Positions 1 to 10,993 of a stretch of DNA of 64,000 nucleotides are shown one piece after another. Below the pieces are notes generated by a model, which worked only from the letters and a program-made list of their open reading frames with translations, had not been told where the DNA came from and did no database searches. The position numbers and the translations under genes were made by a program. Position 1 is the first letter of the stretch; the number at the start of each line of letters is the position of its first letter. Origin of the DNA: Candidatus Latescibacterota bacterium. Its GTDB lineage: Bacteria > Latescibacterota > UBA2968 > UBA8231. The DNA is taken from assembly GCA_965223905.1 (NCBI GenBank), contig CBDCXV010000011.1, positions 1,280,001 to 1,344,000 on the forward strand. The letters run 5' to 3'.

Positions 1-2
1 GC

Positions 3-323
3 TACAGCATCCTCGCCGGTTTCGTCGAGGCCGGGGAGACCCTCGAGGCCGCGGTGGTCCGCGAGATCCGCGAGGAGGTCGGAATCGAGGTTCGCGACGT
101 CACCTACTTCGGCAGCCAGCCGTGGCCGTTCCCCCACTCCCTGATGGTCGGCTTCACCGCGGAGCACGCCTCCGGGGAGATCGCCATCGACGGCGAGGAG
201 ATCGTCGACGCGGGCTGGTACGGCGCCGATCCCGAGCAGCTTCCCGAGCTGCCGAACCGGATCAGCATCTCGCGGCGGATCATCGATTCGTTCCTGAACG
301 CCCACGGGGTGCACCTCCCGTGA
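3..323 (+). CDS. nudC: NAD(+)/NADH diphosphatase NudC, 5' part outside window
   Basis: Frame is open from base 3: [28 protein letters not shown] (Nudix box) plus the NudC signature [11 protein letters not shown]. Confidence 0.92.
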   Translation, partial: YSILAGFVEAGETLEAAVVREIREEVGIEVRDVTYFGSQPWPFPHSLMVGFTAEHASGEIAIDGEEIVDAGWYGADPEQLPELPNRISISRRIIDSFLNAHGVHLP

Positions 324-982
324 CGGCCCGGGGCAAGCCCTTCACCCGGGCGCAGAAGGCCGAGGTGATCGCCAACACCCTCGACGAGCTGTTCCCGGCC
401 CCGGCGATCCCCTTGCGGCACCGCGACCCCTACACCCTGCTGGTCGCCGTGGTGCTGTCGGCGCAGTGCACGGACGTTCGCGTCAACGAGGTGACCCCGG
501 TGCTGTTCGCCGCAGCGGATACCGCGAGAAAGATGGCGCGGCTGACCGCGGCGCAGATCGAGAAGATCATCAAGCCCTGCGGGCTGGCCCCCACCAAGGC
601 CAAGAACATCCGCGAGACCTCGCGCATCCTGGCCGAGCAGTACGGCGGAGAAGTGCCGCGCGGCCTCGCCGAGCTGGAGGAGCTGCCAGGAGTGGGGCAC
701 AAGACCGCGCAGGTGGTGGTGTCGCAGGCCTTCGGCATCCCCGCCTTTCCCGTGGACACCCACATCCACAGGCTGGCCTACCGCTGGGGGCTGTCGACGG
801 GCAGGAACGTCGTGCAGACGGAGAAGGACCTGAAGCGCACCTTCCCGAAGGAACGCTGGAACGACCTCCACAAGCAGATCATCTACTTCGGCCGCCAGTA
901 CTGCCCGGCCCGCGGCCATGACCCGGAGGAGTGCGTCCTGTGCCGCGTCGTCGGCCGCAGGAGTCTGTTTCCTAAGCGGTAG
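320..982 (+). CDS. nth: Endonuclease III (HhH-GPD DNA glycosylase/AP lyase)
   Basis: Motifs [22 protein letters not shown] (HhH) and VDTHIHR. A GTG start at 320 overlaps the nudC TGA (GTGA). Confidence 0.92.
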   Translation: MTARGKPFTRAQKAEVIANTLDELFPAPAIPLRHRDPYTLLVAVVLSAQCTDVRVNEVTPVLFAAADTARKMARLTAAQIEKIIKPCGLAPTKAKNIRETSRILAEQYGGEVPRGLAELEELPGVGHKTAQVVVSQAFGIPAFPVDTHIHRLAYRWGLSTGRNVVQTEKDLKRTFPKERWNDLHKQIIYFGRQYCPARGHDPEECVLCRVVGRRSLFPKR

Positions 983-3330
983 GGTGAGGTGGGAAGGTGG
1001 GTGGGGGTCTGGGGGTCTTGAATCCTTCGGTTACCAGTACTGGACTCCGAACCGTTCGTTCAGGTTGTCCAGCTCCCGGTTCGCCTCCAAATGTGTAGGC
1101 CAAATCCGTTCCAGCCGTCGAAACTCTGGAGTGTGGCCTTCATGGAGGTGGACGTGCAGGAACTCGTGCCAAAGCAGGAACCTGATCGTTTCCGAGGAGA
1201 TGTCGGGACTGTTCAGCAGGCAGTTGATGCGGATCCGCGGAGGCCGCTCTTCGTAGTAGGCCATCCCGTACCATCCCTTCAAGATCCGGCCCGTCCACTC
1301 AAGGTCCCCGGGGTATTCCAGCTTGGTGGGAAGCTCCAGCAACTTTGCCCCTGCATCGAGAACCTCTGCCATCAGTGGATCAAGGTCGTGTTCAGGTCCT
1401 TCCGACAGCGTCTCTTCGCCACGAGGGTGAAAGACCGGAACCGCCTTGGCTCGCTGAGTGGCCTCGTCGGGGTGGTCGATTTCCCATAAGGCGTCGTCGA
1501 TGGCCGCCTGATACTCCCGCGGATTTGGATAAATCGCTTTCGCCAGAGAGGAGTCGGAATAGGTACTCTCCACGAGCTGTCGAGTACCGCGATACCCAAG
1601 TTCTTCCTGGACGATGCAACGAGCGACTTCGTGAGGATCGCACTGCTTCCGGTTGCTCAATGGATGGTATTCAGGATCTTCTCCCCCTTGCGCGAAATGT
1701 TCCACGATCATGCCGACGTGATGCCGCGATGGTGCAGGACTGTCGCAGTCGCCGAAGAACTCCTCGTACAGCGCATCCAATTCCTCCAGTCCTGAATCTG
1801 CTTTCCGGGATTTCAAGCACCCGACAAGGGCGTCGTAGCATGGGCGCTGATGTTCGTAAACGGAAATCGGAACGCGGATGCTCTCGTCCTCATCCTCCCG
1901 TTCGAGAAGAAACCAGCCATCAGGTACAGCCTCGAAGGCGTCTGCCTTGTGTTCCACCGAAAGGCGGCGCATCGTGGCTGCGACCGCCCGAATCGTCTCC
2001 CAGGGAAGGTGTTCGTACAGAGACTCCACATCGCGAATCGGCGCGCTCTCGATATCCTCGGGTACGGCGATGGCCTCGATATCAGGAACGAGATCAAAGG
2101 GGCTGTCCCAGTCGCTGAACCGATCCCATGTGTCTTCAAAACTCACAAGGAAAGCTTCGTGTGAACCACCCATTGCGGGACCCCGGAGAGCACGCCCGAT
2201 CATCTGCCGCATCAGGATCTCGCTGTTCGTAGGCCTGGCCAGGAAGACCGTCTTTATCATTGGCAGATCGACGCCCTCCGTGATCATCTGGACGTTCACG
2301 AGCACGTCAAGGTCGCCATCCCGAAACCGCTGAGTCACGCTGGAAGATTCCCCGTCGCTTCCATCTGGTCGGTAGCTGGCGACGTAGTCCGCACGAACAC
2401 CGACGGCTTTGAGCTCCTCCGTGAGAAGAGCGGCGTGCTTGACGTTGACCGCAAATACGAGGGTCGGCCCGTATTTGTCCTGCCGTTGCAGATAGTGCTC
2501 CACGATGGTTCTGTTGCGCTCGGACAGGTGGGCAATGCGGTCGAGCCAAGGTTCGCTGAGTTCTCCGAAACGGTCATAATGGCGCCGGTCCTCGTCGGTC
2601 AGCCCTTCTTCGATCTTCGCATTGGTCCGCACCACAACCGGAATCGGGCGGGCGAGGATTCTCTTCTCCACGAGTTGGGGAAGATCGACCTTGGCGATTA
2701 CGTTGCCCCCAAACAGCCGGGTCAACAGGGGGCGTTCCTGCTCGAGGGTCCGCGTGGGCGTGGCGGTCAGGCCAAGAATGCGCCACTGTTTCTTCGCCTT
2801 GAACTCATCGATGATGTCCCTGTAGGATTTCGCCGGGGCATGGTGTGCCTCGTCGATGACGATGAACAGTTTCGGGTCATCCAGCAGCTGACTTCTGACT
2901 TCCGGATTTCGCGCAAGGCTTGAAACCGAAGCGACGACGACATCGTCCGCGGGATCGATCTGCGTCGTGGCGCAGTGTTCCCCGGATACGATCCGGACTC
3001 TTAGGCGTTCTTTCGTGGTCACGAGCCCCGAGAGACTGTGGAATTGCTCCGCTGCCTGGTTGAGAAGTTCGCTTCGATGCGCCATCCACAGCACTCGAAG
3101 TCCCTCATCCAGAACCCGCCTGCACAGCCAGTGAACTGCAGTGAACGTCTTGCCGGATCCGGTGGGCATGACGAGCATGCCCTGAAAAACGCCGGTGGTG
3201 TTGGACTCTGCGAGGGTCGTGTTCAGCTTGTCCCAAGCCTCGGCTTGGTAGGAGTGAGGGCGGGTCGGATTTTCCGGTTGGTCACCGGGGTTCAAGACGA
3301 CAAAACGGCGTATGAAATTGAAATCAAATT

Positions 3331-4794
3331 GGGTCTATCCGGGTTTTTCAACGCCGAAACGTAAGTACGGAAAGTACCTGAGCCCTTGCTGTCCATCTGA
3401 GTACATGACAAGGCCATAGGTCGTTCCCTATGCTTGGTGTATCCCCATCAAGCACTCCCCAAGAAAGGGAAGGGAAGGCGACCTATGACCGCTATGAAGT
3501 TCGTCTCCAAGCTGTTCCAATTCAAGGGATTTCGCGCGGTGGGCGTGTGGTTCGAAGGACACGGGGAAGAAGCGGCCGTCGTGGTCGCGGTGAAGCCCCA
3601 AAGGAACGGGTGCCGGTGTCCCGAGTGTGGGCGCCGCGGCAAGATCGTACAGGTCATGGAGTTCCGCCGCTGGCGCGACGTCCGCGTTTGCGGCCGTACC
3701 CTCTGGTTGCACCACGCCCCTCGGGAGATCCGCTGCCCGACCCACGGCCGTCGCGTCGAGGAGGTGCCCTGGGCGGCGCCCTCGGCCCAGGTCAGCTACC
3801 GCTTCGAATACCTGCTGCTGAGGTACTGCCAGTGGATGACGCAGGCCGCCGCCGCGCGCCTGCTGGGTCTGGCCCCGTCGACCCTGTCCGACCAGCTGCA
3901 CCGGCTCATCGAGCGCCGGCGTACGGGGCACCGCATCCGCCGGCTGAAGACCCTCGGCATCGACGAGATCTCCTACGCCAAGGGCCATAAATACGCTACC
4001 CTGGTCTACGACCTGGAACGCTCCCGTGTCGTCTGGGTCGGCAAGGGCAAGGCACGGAAGACCATCGACGCGTTTTTCCGGGACCATCTCAGCGCCTTCC
4101 AGAAGGACCGCATCCGCTGGGCCTGCTGCGACCTGAGCGAGACCTTCATCGGCGCCATCCGGCAGCATGGTCCCAACGCCGAGTTGGTCCTGGACCGATT
4201 CCACGTCGTCAAGGCCCTCAACGAAGCCGTCGACGAGGTGCGCAAGGAGCAGTGGCGGCAAGCCTGTGGCGAGGACCGCAAGCTGCTCAAGGGCCTGCGC
4301 TGGGTGCTGCTGCATCACTCCGCCCAGCGCTCGCGAAAGGATCGGCGCACGCTCCAAACCCTGGAGAAGGCCAACCGCCGCATCTACCGCGCCTGGCGCC
4401 TGAAGGACGAGTTCGAGCACTTCTGGCGCTACAAGGCGCGCTGGGCCGCCGAACGCTTCCTCAAGAAGTGGACGACGGCGGCCCTGCGCAGCCGCCTGCA
4501 GCCCCTGCGCAAGTTCGTCAACACGGTGCGCAAGCAGGCGGCCGGCATCACCGCCTTCGTCGACACGCACCTGACCAACGCCGCCGCCGAAGGGCTCAAT
4601 CGCATTATCCGCATGGTCAAGAATCGAGCCAGTGGATTTAAAACTCTGGATGCCTTTGCCGACCTGATTTACCTGTGCGTCGGAGACCTCGATATCCCTG
4701 CGCAGATTCCGGCCCGATTCCGTACAGTATGAAACCCTAAAAATCTCATTGGGGAAACGCTATAAATACCACGTTGAAAAACCCGTATATAGCC
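3331..4794 (+). mobile_element. ISL3-family insertion sequence, 1464 bp
   Basis: Left IR GGGTCTATCCGGGTTTTTCAACG (3331-3353) matches the reverse complement of the right end, GGCTATATACGGGTTTTTCAACG, at 20/23. 8-bp TSD ATCAAATT at 3323-3330 and 4795-4802. Confidence 0.95.
3485..4732 (+). CDS. ISL3-family transposase
   Basis: Zn finger CPECG...CPTH, then LGIDE, CCDL, DRFHVVK and AEGLNRII motifs typical of DDE_Tnp_ISL3. The start at ATG 3485 is inferred. Confidence 0.93.
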   Translation: MTAMKFVSKLFQFKGFRAVGVWFEGHGEEAAVVVAVKPQRNGCRCPECGRRGKIVQVMEFRRWRDVRVCGRTLWLHHAPREIRCPTHGRRVEEVPWAAPSAQVSYRFEYLLLRYCQWMTQAAAARLLGLAPSTLSDQLHRLIERRRTGHRIRRLKTLGIDEISYAKGHKYATLVYDLERSRVVWVGKGKARKTIDAFFRDHLSAFQKDRIRWACCDLSETFIGAIRQHGPNAELVLDRFHVVKALNEAVDEVRKEQWRQACGEDRKLLKGLRWVLLHHSAQRSRKDRRTLQTLEKANRRIYRAWRLKDEFEHFWRYKARWAAERFLKKWTTAALRSRLQPLRKFVNTVRKQAAGITAFVDTHLTNAAAEGLNRIIRMVKNRASGFKTLDAFADLIYLCVGDLDIPAQIPARFRTV

Positions 4795-5456
4795 ATCAAA
4801 TTCACCTTCGTCCTGATTGTCCTGATCCCCATACCGAATCATCGCTTCGCACAAGTACTGACGAAGGCGCTTCGAATTCCTGCACTTCTTGATGTAGCCA
4901 ACGTACCCGCGTTGGGACCGCGGACGGCCCATGGGCCCGATGCCGATATCCAGCAGTCGCTCCACGATTTCCTTTGCTCCGGCGTATTCCGGCAGCCAGG
5001 CTCGTTGAAGAACCTCCTTCGTTTCCCCTACGAACTCCGGCGTGGGTCGTTTGACCTTCGTAGAGAGCCATTTCCTCGCTTCCGCGAAAGGGCCGTCGAA
5101 TCCGATGGCATTGGCCAAGTGGAGGACCGTTCGATCGTTGAATGTGTCCCATGAAAAACGGTACGATGGCATCGCTTTATTACTCGCTCCTGTGTCGTTC
5201 GGCTTTTAGAAAAACAAGGGGTGGTTTTATCCCATCCCCGCTACCTTGACGAGCCTTCCGGCTTCGAAGATGGGCTTGAATTTGGATCGACAGCGCGTGC
5301 GTTTCGGTTTACGGGAATCTTCCCGCGGCCCGATGAAACCTTCAGGCGACTACGGGTTATGGTTTGGTTCCAAGTGGACCGCCCATGCAGGGTGTGATCC
5401 CCTGTGAGGTTCGGCAACGCCGTTCTCCGGTCATCCGTTTGGGCTTGCCGAGTTTT

Positions 5457-6092
5457 TCAAGTGGGTTTGAGGGTTTGCAGGTACTCCACGAGGCAATGAA
5501 CCTCGGTCGAAGGGTCGTATCTTGCCGTCGCCTCGACATCTGACAGCGCGAGTCTCGCGTTGGACTTCGCGTTTTCCATCCGGTCTTCCAATTCTTCGAA
5601 CACGCCTGCGTTACCCTTTGTGTAGCCGGGCAGGTACTGCCGCAGCTCTTTAACGCAATTCTCCGCCGCGGTCCTGTTGCCTGATGGGGCGTAGGGCCGA
5701 CGGTGGTAGACAAAGTGCAACAGAAGCCAGAATTCGAAGCACGGCCATGAGCGGGCCAGCTTCAGTTTGGCGGAATGTGCTTCAAAAGTCGCGGTGTCGA
5801 AGTGCGCATGCTCGTCACGGTCGAAAACGCAATAGACCGCGTCGTATCGGTCTCCCCGTCGTTTCTCGTCGTCCCGCAATCTTTTTGCCCTATTGACCAG
5901 CGACCTGGGATCCGAGCCGCTTGCCGCAACATCGATGTTGGCGGTGCTCAGCCGGAACTGATCCACCAGGGACCGGAAGTACGACGGCTCCGTTTTTTCC
6001 CCCTCACAGAGGATGAGCACTCGATCGTACGGCTCCCGTTCAGGCCCCCTCCGTTGAAGCTGGCCACGTCGGCGTCCTTCTCGTCGAGCCAT
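5457..6092 (-). CDS. rloB: RloB family protein (Toprim-like)
   Basis: Motifs LILCEGEKTEPSYF, YCVFDRDEH, SWPCFEFWLLLHF and PSTEVHCLVE; lies directly downstream of an AAA_21-type ATPase. Confidence 0.88.
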   Translation of the reverse strand: MARREGRRRGQLQRRGPEREPYDRVLILCEGEKTEPSYFRSLVDQFRLSTANIDVAASGSDPRSLVNRAKRLRDDEKRRGDRYDAVYCVFDRDEHAHFDTATFEAHSAKLKLARSWPCFEFWLLLHFVYHRRPYAPSGNRTAAENCVKELRQYLPGYTKGNAGVFEELEDRMENAKSNARLALSDVEATARYDPSTEVHCLVEYLQTLKPT

Positions 6093-6095
6093 CGC

Positions 6096-7373
6096 TCAGT
6101 CTGATGGCTGGCAGCCCGACCCTCGGATGTAGGGAAGCGCTCCAAAACGCCCGGCCAGATATGCCTTTTCCAGGTTGTCAAAGCCCCTCCTTAGCCGGAA
6201 ATCGCTGAGCGGAAAAAGGCTGGTCTCCAGGCGTTCATTGCGTTCACAGAACCAGATCTGATCTGATCGCAACAAACCCTGATCGAGAATAGACGTATCG
6301 TGGGTCGAGAAAACGAGCTGTGCTCCGTGCGGATTCGCTTCCGGATCGTGGAAACGGTTGACCAGGAACCGGACAAGTTCCGGATGCAGATTGTCATGCA
6401 GTTCATCGAACACAATGACGTTGCCTTCAGCAAGGGAATGGAGCCAGGGACCGGCGAGAGCGAACATCTTTTGGGTTCCGTCCGACTCTTCGTCTATATC
6501 CAGTTCCGCGGGCCTACCGCCTATCGGTTTATGCTCCAAGAAGATATCCACGGTCTTTTTTCTCGTGAGTTCTTTGGCGACATGCTCTTTCAATTCCTTG
6601 GGCATATCTGCGGGAAGCATATCCGGGGAGAAATCCTTTTCGACGATCCGCATGCCGGCAACCGCAAGATCGGCTGCCGCGAGAAACTCAACGACGCCGG
6701 CTTTGTCGTTGTTGTTACAGTATTCCAAGGAAAAACCGGGGTTCCATCCACCCACGTCGGCGATGTGGAGCCGCTTGCGGAACCAGTCGAAAAGGGGTTG
6801 CATCTGAGTGCTGTTGAGCGAAACAGCCGTCGACAAGAACAGTGCTTGGGGACGGGTTGCTCTTCTCCAGACCTCACGGTCCCCCGTGAGCTTCCCGCCG
6901 AGCTTCCAGGAGGGTTCACCGGACGTCTCGCTGCGGCTTCTCTCGAACCAGACCTGCATCCTTCCGCTCGGCCACGCATAAAGCCACTCGCCGGTCACCT
7001 CTTGGGGTGTGGCGGAAAAGCCGTATTGGTATCGAACGCCATCCGCGATACACACTACCTCGAAAGATGTCGGCCGGTCGTTGCATGCGGGATCGAATCG
7101 GAACGTCGTCACGGGGAGTCCTTCGAGACTGCCGGAGGCTCGGAGCACGATGTCGTGCATCGTCTGCAGGCCCCTGAGGAGATTGGTCTTGCCCGAGGCA
7201 TTCGCACCGTAGATCGCCGCCGATCGCAGGAGCCGAATCGGTCGTGCGTCTTCGGAAAGATTGGGCACGACCACGTTGGAGTCACCATGCTTCTTGTCGT
7301 TGCCGGCGACGAGGCTGAGACGTGCCTCTTCCTTGATCGATCTGAAATTGGTAACCGAAAATTCAACAAGCAT
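6096..7373 (-). CDS. AAA_21/AbiEii-like ATPase (RloA-type partner of RloB)
   Basis: Motifs NFRSIKEE, Walker A YGANASGKTN, signature ESDGTQK, Walker B FDELHDNLHP, QLVFSTHD, DQIWF and YLAGRFGALP. Confidence 0.88.
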   Translation of the reverse strand: MLVEFSVTNFRSIKEEARLSLVAGNDKKHGDSNVVVPNLSEDARPIRLLRSAAIYGANASGKTNLLRGLQTMHDIVLRASGSLEGLPVTTFRFDPACNDRPTSFEVVCIADGVRYQYGFSATPQEVTGEWLYAWPSGRMQVWFERSRSETSGEPSWKLGGKLTGDREVWRRATRPQALFLSTAVSLNSTQMQPLFDWFRKRLHIADVGGWNPGFSLEYCNNNDKAGVVEFLAAADLAVAGMRIVEKDFSPDMLPADMPKELKEHVAKELTRKKTVDIFLEHKPIGGRPAELDIDEESDGTQKMFALAGPWLHSLAEGNVIVFDELHDNLHPELVRFLVNRFHDPEANPHGAQLVFSTHDTSILDQGLLRSDQIWFCERNERLETSLFPLSDFRLRRGFDNLEKAYLAGRFGALPYIRGSGCQPSD

Positions 7374-7522
7374 ATTTCTAAGGTTCCGCGAAATTACCTC
7401 ACCGGAAGACGCGAATCGTCTTCGGGCACCAAGGTTTTCAAATCAGGCATAATAAGGCGCCATCTATCGATATTCAAGGCGATTGGAACGTGCGAAAAGG
7501 TCACGCAAGGTCTCTGACGAGA

Positions 7523-10500
7523 ATGTTTGCGGTTGCTCGAGGCGCGACGAAAAAAACCCCATCGGGCAGACCATCGCCGTCGGCAGCGGCTTCCCGGAGC
7601 CGCCGCGTGACGATAGGTGCGGCGATCCTCCTTCTATGCGCCTGCCTGCTCGCCCCGGGCCCGGGAAGCGCCGTCGAGTTCTTCGTCTCCCCGGACGGCG
7701 ACGACGCCAACCCCGGCACCCGGAAGCGACCCTTCGCCAGCCTCGAGCGCGCCCGCGACGCCGTGCGCGCTTCCGCAGCGGGCGATACCGGAAGCGCAGG
7801 CGCTGCTGTCTGGATCCGGGGCGGCCGCTACTTCAGGGACGCGGAGTTCCGCCTCGGCCCCGGGGATTCCGGCGGCGAGGGAGCCCCGGTTGCGTACAAG
7901 GCCTTCGACGGCGAGGTCCCCCGCTTCATCGGCGGGGCCGCCATCGAGGCGGACTGCTTCTCCCGAACGGGGGCGGACTCCCCCGTCTGGCACCGGCTCG
8001 ATGCATCCGCCCGCGGAAACCTCGTCGAATGCGACCTGCCCGCCCTCGGCATCGCCGGCTTCGGCGACCTCACCAGCGCGCACTACCGGCCGATCCACTC
8101 CGAGCTCAGCTTCAACGGCGAGGTCATGCCCCTGGGCCGCTGGCCGAACGAGGACTTCGCCCTCATCTACCGGGCCCTCAGCGAGACGACCTTCGTGTAC
8201 GACCACGACCGCCCGGACCGCTGGACGGAAGCCACGGCCCCCTGAGTCAACGGGTACTGGCGCTACCTGTGGGCGAACAAGTACCTGCCGGTCACCGCCA
8301 TCGACACGGTCGCCAACGTCTTCACCATCGCCGACCGCCCGGGGTACCCGATCGCGACCGGCCGCTTCTGGTACGGACTCAATCTCCTCGAATAGATCGA
8401 CCTGCCCGGGGAGTGGTACCTCGAACGCAACCCGGATGCGCCCGGGACCTACGGCAAGCTCTATCTCTGGCCGCCGGACAAGCTGGATACCGCCGAGATC
8501 ATGCTGTCCCTGCACGGGGGCGACGGCTCGGCCCTCGTCCGTCTCGACAGCGTCCGCCATGTCCGCTTCGAGGGATTGACCTTCGAGCTGACCCGCGGCG
8601 ACGGCATCGTCATCGAGAACTCGCGCGACGCGGTGATCGACCGCTGCGTCCTGCGCAACATCGGCGGCCAGGGGATCACGACGGACAGTTGCACCCGCGT
8701 CGGCGTGCTCAACAGCGAGCTCTACGGCATCGGCTCCGAGGCGGTCCGCCTTTCGGGAGGTGACCGCCGCACCCTGACGCCGGGGGGCAACTATGTGCGC
8801 AATTGCCACATCCACCACTTCGGCCGCTGGAAGCGCACCTACTCGCAGGCGGTCCGGTTTGACGAGGGAGCCGGCAACGAGGCGACCCACAACCTCATCC
8901 ACGGCACCCCCCACATCGCCATCCAGTACAGCGGCAACGAGCACCTGATCCAGTACAACGAGATCTTCGATTCCTGTTGGGAGACCGGCGACGCCGGGGT
9001 CATCATGGGGGACTGGGGATGGGACAGCCGCGGCAACCGCATCGTCGGCAACTACCTCCACGACAACGTCAGCCGCGTCCCGGGCCGCGGAGGCTTCAAC
9101 GCCGTGTACCTCGACGGGTCCTGCGCCGGCGACACGATCGCCGGCAACATCATCTACGACTCCGGCGAGTTCGGGGTCATGCACAACAGCGGCCGCGAGG
9201 TCGTGATCGACAACAACGTCTTCGTCGGCGCCAAGGCGGCCATCCACGCGACGGCGCATGGGTGGTACGACACGACCAACGGCCACGCGATGAACTTCCT
9301 CGAGCGCATCCAGAAATTCGACTACCGCAATCCACCCTGGAGCCGGGCCTATCCGGCGCTCGCCGCCACCCCCGGCGACCGCAGCCACCCGGACTTCGAG
9401 CGGTTCAAGTTTCCCGTCGGCAGCGTGCTCGTGCGCAACGTCCCGTGGCGCAACCGCTACTGGCTCGACCCGCGCCGCCTGGAGGCGTACGACCACTACG
9501 AGCGCATCGCCGACAACATCGACGGGGAAGACCCCCGGTTCCTCGACGAGGCCGGGCGCCAGCTGGCGCTTCGCGGCGATTCGCCGGCGTGGGACATTCC
9601 CGGTTTCCGGCGTATCCCCTTCGAGAAGATGGGCCGCCTGAAGCCGAGCAAAGCCTCCCGCCCGCATCCCCCGGACGGGTACGACTACCCTCTCCCCGAG
9701 GGCGGAGAGGAAATGCTGCGCTGGGCTCCCGCCCTCGACGGAGTCGCCCGCGATCTCTATCTGGGCGAAGATCCCGGCGACCTCGAGGGCAAGCCGGCCT
9801 CGACCGGGATGCAGAGCGAGGAGTTCGCCGCTGCCAACCTCGAACCCGGGAAGCGGTACTTCTGGCGCGTCGACGAGCGGGGCGCCGGGGGTGAGGTCCT
9901 TGCCCGCGGCGACGTCTGGAGCTTCACGACCGGGCTCGGCCCGGATGCCCCGGCCGGGGCGGCAACCTGGCGCTTCGACACCACCCGTCTCACCGCTGAC
10001 GTCGGCGGCGGGTTGTTACGCGGCGAGGTCGAAGACGGGGTCGCCGTGTACCGGTTCGATGACCTCGAGGTCCCGCCAGGAGTAACCGTGGTTGGCGCAG
10101 GGCAGCGCGCCCTGGAGCTGAGAAGCGCCCGCGATATCGCGGTTCGCGGCGTCATCGACGTTTCCGGCGAGGGCGGCGGGGACGGTTTCGCCGGCCCGGC
10201 TCGCGGAGGCCAAGGCCGGCTGGGAGGTTTCGATGGAGGAGACGCGGGCGCGACCGATTCCACCGGCAGCGTGGGAATGGGGCCGGGGGCGGGAGGTGCG
10301 AGCACCAGCATCTTCCTCGCCGACGGGGTGACGGCAGCGGCTTTCGCCGCACCGGAGGGGGCGGCAGCGGGGGCATGATCGCGCTGCAGGCCGAAGGCGC
10401 CGTCGAGATCGAAGGGCGGGGCCCTTTTCAGCGCCCGCGGGGGAAAGGGGGCGACTGCGCCTGGATGGGGGCCAACGGCGGAGGAGGCGGGGGCGGCAGG

Positions 10501-10686
10501 ACCTCCATTGCCGCCCAGCGCTTGACGATCAGCGGCGGCCCGCACCCGCCCGGGCCGGTCCCCGACGCCCCCGAGCTGGTGGTTTCCGGTGGCCGCGGGG
10601 GGGGGGGGTATTATGCGGTTGACGCGGTCAACAACGCCGCTAAGGGTTCCGACGGCACCGTGTTCTTCAGGGTCAGCGAAAAATGA
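7523..10686 (+). pseudogene. Secreted right-handed parallel beta-helix protein (glycan-active-like) with Gly-rich C-terminus; disrupted
   Basis: Signal peptide, then FFVSPDGDDANPGT..PFASLERA and beta-helix repeats. In-frame TGA at 8243-8245 (expected W) and TAG at 8393-8395 (NLLE*IDLPGEWY, expected E). Frameshift near 10325-10350 into the GGGGSGGMIAL frame ending at 10686. Confidence 0.8.
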
Positions 10687-10863
10687 AACCCGGATGCGAG
10701 CAAACCGCACAGTTTCCCCTCCCTGAACCTAGGCTGCCAAGATTGGCGACAACCCGGAAATCATTCCCTTGATCCGGGGCGTTTTTCAAGCCCGCGTTCG
10801 ATTGCCAGATCATCGGCGGCAAGGAAACGCAAACGTTCCGCAAACTGGTTAAATTCAATCCGG

Positions 10864-10959
10864 AAGAACTGGCCCACGCGTGAGAACCCATACATCAACA
10901 CCGCCTACTGGCACAGCTCTTGGCTGCTCGTGTTGCTCGGATTGGAACCGGTAGGATGA
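10864..10959 (+). pseudogene. C-terminal remnant of a family-5 ABC substrate-binding protein
   Basis: Reads KNWPTRENPYINTAYWHSSWLLVLLGLEPVG*, a typical C-terminus of oligopeptide/oligosaccharide SBPs. It ends 34 bp before the permease and has no upstream ORF. Confidence 0.72.
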
Positions 10960-10993
10960 GGTACGGCGATTCCGGCGCGTCGCCGCGGCCGGC

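Larger units (their letters stand above)
1031..5172 (-). pseudogene. SF2 (DEAH, ResIII-like) helicase with C-terminal SprT/YgjP-like HExxH metallopeptidase, interrupted by ISL3
   Basis: Helicase motifs MPTGSGKT, DEAHH, TAT, QMIGRALR; C-terminal WHEFLHVHLHEGHTPEF. The N-terminal part (ATG 5172, CAGGAG RBS) joins in frame to 1031..3322 once the IS and one TSD are removed (...EGEFD|FNFIRRFVVLNPGDQ...). Confidence 0.88.

Noticed and set aside
6300-7517. 405-aa + strand ORF
   Set aside because: Antisense shadow of the AAA ATPase gene.
8243-8395. Possible stop-codon recoding (TGA=Trp or Sec, TAG=Glu or Pyl)
   Set aside because: TGA and TAG terminate many intact genes in this window, and the same gene also has a frameshift.
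7634-9667. 677-aa - strand ORF spanning the stops of the beta-helix pseudogene
   Set aside because: Antisense shadow with V/D/A-rich mirror composition; the + frame carries the family motifs.
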